A DNA stretch of 64,000 nucleotides from an uncultured virus (IMG/VR IMGVR_UViG_3300010883_000002) (taxonomy: Duplodnaviria > Heunggongvirae > Uroviricota > Caudoviricetes). Location: IMG/VR virus record IMGVR_UViG_3300010883_000002; one strand, given 5' to 3'. A model generated the notes under the pieces. It was not told the origin of the DNA. It did no database searches and was given only the letters and a program-made list of their open reading frames with translations. Position numbers and translations under genes: made by a program. Shown here one piece after another: positions 56,806 to 64,000 of the stretch; within the stretch, counting starts at the first letter, position 1; every line of letters begins with the position of its first letter.

Positions 56806-58836
56806 ATGGCTAATATTTTAGAAAGATTAACAGAGGGTATTGTTAATCGCAGTGTCACTAGGGAAGGCGAAGCCTTACTAACAAAGTGGTCGAAGACGGG
56901 TCTTCTTGAAGGTCTGGACGATGATCATGAGCGACAGGCGATGGCAGTGCTACTTGAGAACCAAGCGAAGGAACTTCTTCGTGAGGTTAACAGTCAGGGA
57001 ACGGGCGGCGGTGCTGTCCAAGGTTTTGCGGCTGTTGCATTCCCAATCGTGCGCCGAGTATTCGGTGGGCTTTTGGCTAACAAACTTGTTTCGGTTCAGC
57101 CGATGAGTTTGCCATCTGGGTTGATTTTCTTCCTAGATTTCACTCGTACAGACAACCGTGGTGCAGATCGTGTTGGTGAGTCCGTTCATGGACAGGGTGT
57201 AGTAGGTTCTCAGATCACCGATGGTGTTGATATTGGACCTGCCGATTCGGTTGCTGGTCATCCTAGTGAGAAGGGTTTTTATAACTTGTCACAGGGTTAC
57301 TCGGCTGCTCGTTCCGGTTTTGCTACAAACCAGACAACTACGGTTGCTGGTATTCAGTTGGCTGATTTGACATTTGCACTTGATGGTACGCAGACTGCTG
57401 CTGACCTATCAACGGTTCGTTTCGATCCCGATTTGGAGAACGATACGTCCGGTGCTGTAGTTGCATGTGTTAATGTTGACGCAGACAACTTGGGTGTTGT
57501 TGTATGTTCTGCGCCGATTGCAGGCGTAGGTGGACACGAAACTCTTGCTGCTCAAGGTCGTCAGGATCTTGCTCAGTTGAGCCGTAACTCGCTTATGACT
57601 CTACAGCTTGATCAGGGTGGCAACATTGGTGCTACTTATGACCCTGCTAACAATGGTGGCGGTGGTGCTGTAGGTGGCTCCCAGTTGCTTGAAGGTTTCC
57701 GAATCGTCAAGCGTTTAACTGAGGCTACTTGGGGTCCAGCGATTGCTGGCTCACCAAATGGTGAACTGTTGAACCTTCGACTTGTTCTTGTTGAAGTTCT
57801 AGGCGGGACTTCCGTTGCTGGCGATTCTGCTACCGATGTTACTACTGCCCTTCCCGCTGGTGGTGGCGCTCAAACGCTTGCGCCCGGTGCTGCGGCGGTT
57901 GGTGATCAACTCACTGGTCGAACCGTTGGTGCTGCTGTTGCTCAGGATTACAGCTTTGCTATCATGGATAACATTGGTGAAGTTGCTGGTGGAATGGGTA
58001 CGCTACAGGCTAACCCCTTGTGGGAGCTTGAGTCTACTCTTGCTTCTCCGTTTGCGAATGATGGTATGAACATTCCAGAGATTGACATTAGTGTTGACTC
58101 TGTTGCGATTACCGCAACCACTCGTAAGCTCAAGGCTAAGTGGACACCAGAGTTGGGACAGGATCTTAATGCCTATCACAACCTTGATGCCGAAGTCGAG
58201 CTTACTTCTGTTCTTTCAGAGCAGATTGCGCTTGAGATTGATCAAGAGATTCTTCATGATCTTCTTTCTGGTGCAACGGCTGGTACTATGTTCTGGTCAC
58301 GTCAACCCGGTATCTTTGTTAACCGTGCCACTGGTGCGGATCTAACGGCTGGCGGTGTTGCTGGACCTGACTTCACTGGTACTGTGTCCGAGTGGTACGA
58401 AACTCTCATTGAAACAGTCAATGATATTTCGGCTCAGATTCATCGCAAGACCCTCAGAGGTGGAGCTAACTTCTTGGTGACAAGCCCCGAAGTTGCGAAC
58501 ATCCTTGAGTTCACATCTGGTTTCCGTGCAAGCGTAACCCATGATGATGATACTGGTCAGATCGGTGGTTACAAGGATGGTTCCATTAATAAGAAATGGG
58601 ATCTCTACGTCGATCCATACTTCCCACGGAATATTATTCTCGTCGGTCGTAAGGGTTCTAGTTTCCTTGAGAGCGGGTATGTGTATTCACCATATGTCCC
58701 ACTACAGACGACTCCAACCATTTTTGGACCGGAAGACTTCACACCTCGCAAGGGCGTGATGACTCGATATGGTAAGAAGATGGTGCGACCCGACATGTAT
58801 GGTGTCGTAGTTGTCCGAGATATGGCAAACGGCTAA
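56806..58836 (+). CDS. Major capsid protein (T4 gp23-like) with a large insertion
   Basis: KWSKTGLLEGL, FPIVRRVF, VSVQPMSLPSGLIF, TRKLKAKWTPELGQDLNAYH, EIDQEI, YSPYVPL and FTPRKGVMTRYG. Confidence 0.97.
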   Translation: MANILERLTEGIVNRSVTREGEALLTKWSKTGLLEGLDDDHERQAMAVLLENQAKELLREVNSQGTGGGAVQGFAAVAFPIVRRVFGGLLANKLVSVQPMSLPSGLIFFLDFTRTDNRGADRVGESVHGQGVVGSQITDGVDIGPADSVAGHPSEKGFYNLSQGYSAARSGFATNQTTTVAGIQLADLTFALDGTQTAADLSTVRFDPDLENDTSGAVVACVNVDADNLGVVVCSAPIAGVGGHETLAAQGRQDLAQLSRNSLMTLQLDQGGNIGATYDPANNGGGGAVGGSQLLEGFRIVKRLTEATWGPAIAGSPNGELLNLRLVLVEVLGGTSVAGDSATDVTTALPAGGGAQTLAPGAAAVGDQLTGRTVGAAVAQDYSFAIMDNIGEVAGGMGTLQANPLWELESTLASPFANDGMNIPEIDISVDSVAITATTRKLKAKWTPELGQDLNAYHNLDAEVELTSVLSEQIALEIDQEILHDLLSGATAGTMFWSRQPGIFVNRATGADLTAGGVAGPDFTGTVSEWYETLIETVNDISAQIHRKTLRGGANFLVTSPEVANILEFTSGFRASVTHDDDTGQIGGYKDGSINKKWDLYVDPYFPRNIILVGRKGSSFLESGYVYSPYVPLQTTPTIFGPEDFTPRKGVMTRYGKKMVRPDMYGVVVVRDMANG

Positions 58837-58862
58837 ACGTAGCTGAGAGTTAAATCTTTATT

Positions 58863-58900
58863 AAACCCCGGTAAGTTTAAAACCTTGCCGGGGTTTTCTT
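58863..58900 (+). terminator. Rho-independent terminator after MCP
   Basis: Stem AAACCCCGGTAAG / CTTGCCGGGGTTT followed by a T-rich tract. Confidence 0.85.
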
Positions 58901-58909
58901 ATTTCTAAA

Positions 58910-58919
58910 ACTATTTATA
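58910..58919 (+). promoter_or_regulatory. Putative late promoter ACTATTTATA
   Basis: Recurring motif directly after the terminator and about 20 nt before the next start. Confidence 0.65.
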
Positions 58920-58938
58920 GTTGCAGGAGACTAAAATC

Positions 58939-60264
58939 ATGGCAGTGCCCGATTTAACACCAATAAGCCAAACAAGTAGAATTGTTTTACCAGCGACAGG
59001 AAGCGTAGCCAACGTAGATTCGGCAAACGATCCTCTTCCGTTTGGAATTTATACTTCTGTATTTTGGAGCGCAGCACAAGTTGCAAGCTATAGCCAAGGG
59101 TCAGCAGACCAAGTAACTTATGTTTATAAAAAGTTAGGTGGTGACGTTCTGGATTTGGAGATCACCGAATCACAAGTACATGCAGCTTATGAAGAATCAG
59201 TGCTAGAATATTCTTATCTGCTTAATATCCACCAAAGTAAAAACATCTTGTCAAATGTTCTTGGGCAGACAACAGGAAGTTATGATAGTGATGGTGAGAT
59301 TCTAGGTGCGCTAGGTGAAGTTCAGCCCGGTGATAATGTTAATTTAATTTATCCGAAGTTTGATTTTGCGTATGCGAGAAGAATTGCTGATGGTATCTCC
59401 GAAGAAGTAAATGTTGGTGGAAACCACACGGTCTACTCAGCCTCTTTTGACGTTGTTGCTGGTCAGCAAGACTATGATTTGCAAAATATTATTAGAGCTA
59501 GCTCAGAATACGGAGATGACAACACGGACCCAGATTGGATTCGATCAGTCGGCAACGGAAAAATCCTTATTAAAAAAGTATTCTGGAAGACTCCAAGATC
59601 CATGTGGCATTTTTATGGAATGCATGGCGGCACTAACGTCATTGGTAATTGGGAAAGTTATGGTCACTATGCCAATGCTTCATTTTTTCATGTTGTTCCA
59701 GTGTGGGAATCAAAACTCGCCATGTCGGAATTTGAAGATAGACTTTATAATCGGTATTCACATTTTTCATATGAACTAAAGAATCAAAAATTAAGATTGT
59801 TTCCAATGCCAGTTAGCTACCAGCAAGATAAGATGTGGGTTGAGTTTGCAATTCCAGTTGATAACTGGGTGGATGAACCTCTTGATGCAGGAGATGTGCC
59901 AAGAGATATTGGTTTAGCCGGAATTAATAATATTAATACCATTCCATTTGCCAACCTCCCATACGATAGAATTAATGCAATCGGTAAGCAGTGGATTCGC
60001 AGGTTTGCGTTGTCCCTAGCTAAAGAGATGTTGGGATATACAAGAAGTAAGTTTGCGACGATTCCAATCCCCGGTAATGATATTTCAATGAACGGTGCTG
60101 ACTTAGTGTCACAAGCTCAAACAGAACAAGAGGCTCTACGAACAGAACTCAAGGAACTCTTGGACGAGATGACTTACAGTAAGCTTATTGAGGGTGATGC
60201 GGATTTGCTGGAGAATTCAAATAGAATTCAAGGGCAAATTCCAATGCCAATTTTTGTCGGTTAG
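58939..60264 (+). CDS. Neck/head-completion protein (gp13-like)
   Basis: ATG at 58939 after AGGAG. KKLGGDVLDLEIT and WIRRFALSLAKEMLG..RSKF..IPIPG..I.MNG; located after the MCP. Confidence 0.8.
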   Translation: MAVPDLTPISQTSRIVLPATGSVANVDSANDPLPFGIYTSVFWSAAQVASYSQGSADQVTYVYKKLGGDVLDLEITESQVHAAYEESVLEYSYLLNIHQSKNILSNVLGQTTGSYDSDGEILGALGEVQPGDNVNLIYPKFDFAYARRIADGISEEVNVGGNHTVYSASFDVVAGQQDYDLQNIIRASSEYGDDNTDPDWIRSVGNGKILIKKVFWKTPRSMWHFYGMHGGTNVIGNWESYGHYANASFFHVVPVWESKLAMSEFEDRLYNRYSHFSYELKNQKLRLFPMPVSYQQDKMWVEFAIPVDNWVDEPLDAGDVPRDIGLAGINNINTIPFANLPYDRINAIGKQWIRRFALSLAKEMLGYTRSKFATIPIPGNDISMNGADLVSQAQTEQEALRTELKELLDEMTYSKLIEGDADLLENSNRIQGQIPMPIFVG

Positions 60265-60279
60265 TGGGGATTTTAATGA

Positions 60280-60771
60280 ATGGCGAAGAAAAATAAATGG
60301 GAACAACCAGAAGCTCCACCACCTCCCATGTTCATGGGACAAAAGGAAAGGGATCTTGTTAAGCAGGTTAATGACGAACTTATCGAGAGAGTCATTGGGC
60401 AAACAATATTGTATTATCCAGTGAGCTTTGAGAATTCAAACTATCATGATTTATATGGTGAGGCGATTGAAAAGAATTTTCTGCCACCCATCAGAGTTCA
60501 TGCTTTGATAGAGTGGGAAGGTAGTGAAACTAACACTACTGGATTTACTGTTGATCGAACCTCAAGCATTGTCGTTCATTTTCACAAAAGGCGATTGACA
60601 GAAGATCAAGATTTGTTTGTTCGTGAAGGCGACTTTGTTTTATATGGAAAGAATTATTTTGAGATAGTGACGTTGGGTGAGCCAAGAGAACTATTTGGAC
60701 AGCCAGATTTTAGAGTTGAAATTAGTGCGAAGTGCATAAAAGCAAGGGAGGGATTATTTGATGGCAGATGA
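60280..60771 (+). CDS. Neck protein (gp14-like)
   Basis: ELIERVIGQ.I.YY, LYGEA..K.F and EGDFV.Y; synteny. Confidence 0.7.
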   Translation: MAKKNKWEQPEAPPPPMFMGQKERDLVKQVNDELIERVIGQTILYYPVSFENSNYHDLYGEAIEKNFLPPIRVHALIEWEGSETNTTGFTVDRTSSIVVHFHKRRLTEDQDLFVREGDFVLYGKNYFEIVTLGEPRELFGQPDFRVEISAKCIKAREGLFDGR

Positions 60772-61624
60772 GTTGATCACAGCATTGGCAGACCCAACGG
60801 CTGCTGGAGCAGTTAATATTTCTCCTTCTTCGATTGAGAGCATTGATCGAGCTATGCACAACTGGTTGGAAAATCAGATGGATGTTTTTTGTACTACGAA
60901 TAAAGGGTGGAAAAAGATTCCTGTGATTTGGGTGTCCGCCGAGAGAGCATATCAGGTTAAAAAAGATAAAGGACTCAGAGATTCCTCCGGTGCGCTCATA
61001 TTACCAATTATATCTTTGAATAGAACTGCTGTCGTTAAGGATGCTGCACGGAAGGGTCCGTATTGGGCTAACATTTCACCACAAGGTGACGAGAGGGGCG
61101 GCAGTATCACGGTGGCAAGAAGAATTCACCAAGATAAGACTTCAAAGTTTGCGAATGCCGACGCCCAGCGCAGGTACGGAAAGATTAATTTTAAAACTCG
61201 GAAGAAGGATAAGATTGTTTATCAATATGTCACTTTGCCACAGCCAGTTTACATTGATGTGACATATGAGATTTCTATTTGGACTGAATATCAACAACAA
61301 ATGAATGAGTTGGTACACCCCTTTATAACGAAGGGTGGTGGGATTAATTATTTTGTTATGGACCACGAAGATCACAGATATGAAGGGTTCATACAACAAG
61401 ATTTTTCTCAAGAGGATTCCGTTGAGGATATGACCGAAGAAGAGCGTAAATATCAAACAAAAATAGAGATTAAAGTTCTCGGAAAATTGCTCGGTGATGG
61501 ACCCAATCAAGAACAACCACAAGTTGTCGTCCGAGAGAACGCCGTGGAGTTTAAATTCACCAGAGAACGTGCAGTGCTGGACGACGAACCGGGTGAATGG
61601 GATAAAGCAAAATTCCGTGGTTAA
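60761..61624 (+). CDS. Tail terminator/sheath stabiliser (gp15-like)
   Basis: IPVIW...ER, LPIISL.R and P.PVYIDVTYEISIWTEYQQQMNEL; located before the sheath. Confidence 0.7.
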   Translation: MADELITALADPTAAGAVNISPSSIESIDRAMHNWLENQMDVFCTTNKGWKKIPVIWVSAERAYQVKKDKGLRDSSGALILPIISLNRTAVVKDAARKGPYWANISPQGDERGGSITVARRIHQDKTSKFANADAQRRYGKINFKTRKKDKIVYQYVTLPQPVYIDVTYEISIWTEYQQQMNELVHPFITKGGGINYFVMDHEDHRYEGFIQQDFSQEDSVEDMTEEERKYQTKIEIKVLGKLLGDGPNQEQPQVVVRENAVEFKFTRERAVLDDEPGEWDKAKFRG

Positions 61625-61649
61625 TTTTCGGGCTTTCGGGTTTCAGCAG

Positions 61650-61659
61650 ACTATTTATT
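61650..61659 (+). promoter_or_regulatory. Putative late promoter ACTATTTATT
   Basis: Recurring motif in the intergenic region upstream of the sheath gene. Confidence 0.65.
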
Positions 61660-61742
61660 AGAGAAAAATAGAAGGAATCTTTCACAAGGTTCTGGAACAT
61701 TTAAAAGCAATGTTGCAATTAAGCTAAGGAGAAACATTTAAA

Positions 61743-64000
61743 ATGTCAGTAAAGAAATTCAGATTCGTATCACCCGGTATTTTTATTAACGAGATTGATA
61801 ATTCACAAATCCCGAAGGGACCATCACCAATTGGTCCAGTAGTAATTGGGCGCACAAGGCGTGGACCCGGTAACAGACCCATTCAGGTCAATTCATTTTC
61901 GGACTTCGTTGAGTTGTTCGGAAACCCAGTTCCCGGTGGACAGGGTGATGACGTTTGGAGAGATGGCAACTTGCTGGCTCCCATGTATGCGGGTTATGCT
62001 GCACAGGCATGGCTAAAAAATGCTTCTCCTATAACTGTGATTAGGCTCATGGGGTGTGACCACATTGATTCAACAGCCGGATCTGTTCAGGCTGGTTGGA
62101 GAACCCAAGGCGATCATGGTGACGCAGCGGGAGCGTCTGGCGACCCCGAAGGTGGAGCTTTCGGCTTGTTCGTTACTGACACTGCTGGTTCCCAAGCTGC
62201 TGAAATTTTTATTGAGTGTGACGCTATGGGTCTTGGATTATCCGACCCCGGCTCTTTTGCCGATCTTGCAGAATCCGATCTTCATGTCAACAACGCCGCT
62301 GGTGATGGATTTGCTACGATGGACTTTGCAGAAGGCGAAGCCAGAGTAGCAGCGGCAGCGGTCCAGATTCTTAATATTAATGCAGTGAGCGGTGCCCTAA
62401 GTGGCATGGACTCCTTGACTATTGATTTTGACAATGGACAAACTGAAGTGTTTACAATTGGCGATACAACCAATCCAGCAAACGCTGGCGTTGATATTGA
62501 CACCAGTGGTGCTCTAACTCAAGCTGACGTAGCGCAACTGATTGTTACTCACCTGCAAGCTGAGGCAGAAATTGTTGCCACACTTGGCGACATGGATTTT
62601 ACGGTCCCCGCCAACCCCGCTGGTCCTACCGAATGGCTCGGTGATGGACTTGCTACTGGTGCCCCGGCTGTTGGTTTGCAAGGCGGCTACTGCGGTGCTG
62701 GAGGCTACATCGGTCTAGACGCATCTCAGGCAACTGCTGCCACCGTTATTTTGATTAACCCAAATGTCGGTGCCGCTGTTCAAAATGTACAATATGATAC
62801 CGTGGTCGCTGATGGCGGCGCTCTCGGATCTGTATTGGCAGAGTGTATGGAAATTGGTGATGTTGCTGCTGTTGCGGCAAACCCCGGCGTTGCGGAACCC
62901 TTTACAGGTGGACGAGTTCAAGGCGATTATGTTCTTGAGAACCTAGCTGATACTTCTGCCCTAGCTACTCTTTTGGCAGGTATGATTAATGCCGCAGGCG
63001 GCGGCTTCCTTCTTGCTGAAACGGATAAGGGTGGGTTCGGTCCTACAAACATTCGTATCAGAAACGTTGGTCAGGTACTCGGTTCAGCGGCTCCCGGTAA
63101 TGGTGGTAGTACAACCTTCACAGAAGACGGTGGTGGTGCGATGAGCAACACAACTTCTCTTGTTCACGATAGCGCACCACTTGCGAATGCACAGTTCACC
63201 GCTGGCGCAACGATTGATGCCGATCACGGTAACGCTTCGTTGGCTGCGGTTATTTATGTAAACGATGGTCATATTGGATTGAGAGGAAACACTCTCAATG
63301 GTGTTGGTGTTGATACCACTATAGGTGACGCATCCGGTGCCAATGGTATGTGGGTTGAGTCTTCTGGCACAAGTGCCGAGTTCAGATTTTGCGTAAGTGA
63401 CGACAACGGCACGAATCCTCGCAATATTTCGTTCAACTTCGATCCACTTTCTAAAAAGTTTATTCGACGTGTGCTTAACACCAACCCAACCTTGGTCAAC
63501 AACCAAGTGACGCAAGGTGATCAGTTGGATAGATATTTCCTTGGTGAAACTTATGAAAGATTTCTATCAGACACACAAGCCAATGCAATGGGTGCTGCGG
63601 GTTCAGCGATTGCCTGTCTCCTTCCTCTTGAAAATTCCACAGGAACTATTTCTGTGGCAGATAAAGAAATGCAAGCTCAGGTGCCTGCATCTGGTTGGAT
63701 TCACAGTCAGCACACTGAAGATCCCGGCTTAGGTGGTAATCAGTATCACGAATTGTCTGGCGACATGCGGGGAACGCACAAGCTTTTCCGCTTGGTCGGT
63801 GTACACGATGGCGAATGGTCTGGACAGAACCTCAAAGTTTCTATTTCAGACATTAAAGCCTCTGATGATATTAATAGACCCTATGGTAGCTTCACAATTA
63901 CTTTAAGAAAGGTTGAAGACAGCGACAATGCCCCACGATATGTTGAGCGTTATACGAACTGTGACCTTAATCCAACTTCTCCCGATTATATTGCGAGAAA
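61743..64000 (+). CDS. Tail sheath protein (gp18-like), 3'-truncated; absent from the ORF track
   Basis: ATG at 61743 after AAGGAG. Translated by hand as MSVKKFRFVSPGIFINEIDNS...VIGRTRRGP..RPIQVNSFSDFVELFG..., with no stop before the window end (...ERYTNCDLNPTSPDYIAR). Confidence 0.92.
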   Translation, partial: MSVKKFRFVSPGIFINEIDNSQIPKGPSPIGPVVIGRTRRGPGNRPIQVNSFSDFVELFGNPVPGGQGDDVWRDGNLLAPMYAGYAAQAWLKNASPITVIRLMGCDHIDSTAGSVQAGWRTQGDHGDAAGASGDPEGGAFGLFVTDTAGSQAAEIFIECDAMGLGLSDPGSFADLAESDLHVNNAAGDGFATMDFAEGEARVAAAAVQILNINAVSGALSGMDSLTIDFDNGQTEVFTIGDTTNPANAGVDIDTSGALTQADVAQLIVTHLQAEAEIVATLGDMDFTVPANPAGPTEWLGDGLATGAPAVGLQGGYCGAGGYIGLDASQATAATVILINPNVGAAVQNVQYDTVVADGGALGSVLAECMEIGDVAAVAANPGVAEPFTGGRVQGDYVLENLADTSALATLLAGMINAAGGGFLLAETDKGGFGPTNIRIRNVGQVLGSAAPGNGGSTTFTEDGGGAMSNTTSLVHDSAPLANAQFTAGATIDADHGNASLAAVIYVNDGHIGLRGNTLNGVGVDTTIGDASGANGMWVESSGTSAEFRFCVSDDNGTNPRNISFNFDPLSKKFIRRVLNTNPTLVNNQVTQGDQLDRYFLGETYERFLSDTQANAMGAAGSAIACLLPLENSTGTISVADKEMQAQVPASGWIHSQHTEDPGLGGNQYHELSGDMRGTHKLFRLVGVHDGEWSGQNLKVSISDIKASDDINRPYGSFTITLRKVEDSDNAPRYVERYTNCDLNPTSPDYIAR

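Noticed and set aside
47781..58836. Introns, inteins or homing endonucleases in terminase, portal or MCP
   Set aside because: Terminase and portal cores are of normal length and continuous; the MCP insertion lacks intein C/S...HN ends and LAGLIDADG/HNH motifs.
61625..61645. TTTCGGG direct repeat after the gp15-like gene as a terminator
   Set aside because: No convincing stem followed by a U-tract.
163..63732. Numerous minus-strand and nested short ORFs in the track
   Set aside because: They are shadows of long + strand genes, with no RBS or recognisable motifs.
62056..63732. Short ORFs suggesting a gene-poor or degraded region at the window end
   Set aside because: The region is one continuous tail sheath ORF from 61743 that lacks a stop inside the window.
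1..64000. Stop-codon reassignment (TAG or TGA recoding), as seen in some large phages
   Set aside because: Very long ORFs are intact in code 11, and TAG (e.g. 3353, 10505, 35991, 60264) and TGA (46704, 53772, 60771) end genes right where the next gene begins.
1..64000. tRNA/rRNA genes or a diversity-generating retroelement
   Set aside because: Intergenic gaps are short and show no cloverleaf; no reverse transcriptase or TR/VR pair was seen.

Overview
This window is a 64 kb stretch of a large T4-like (myovirus, probably jumbo) bacteriophage genome. All genes are on the + strand, densely packed, in standard genetic code 11. Order: tail/baseplate module (1-39.8 kb: a two-domain cell-wall hydrolase, an HxH spike protein, a 2380-aa SH3/membrane protein, gp25- and gp6-like wedge proteins, a DNRLRE-like protein, a 4735-aa LamG giant, fibre-attachment-like proteins); a replication/recombination island (RuvC, primase, single-chain Mre11-Rad50) with a near-consensus sigma70 promoter hidden inside ruvC; a putative holin/spanin-like cassette; small head-associated genes including an Hc1 histone-like protein; terminase and portal; then prohead protease, ribosomal protein bS21, a tubulin/FtsZ-family GTPase, scaffold, major capsid, neck proteins and the 5' part of the tail sheath gene (missing from the supplied ORF track). 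The strongest candidate for a novel system is the bS21 + tubulin block embedded in the capsid-assembly operon. Other notable signals are a recurring ACTAHTTA late-promoter-like motif, strong avoidance of GGCC/CCWGG/CGCG, an unannotated 28-aa Cys-Cys micropeptide followed by a hairpin, a CX6C Rad50 hook, and an apparently split tail-fibre-attachment domain. All family assignments come from motif recognition by eye; no database searches were run.
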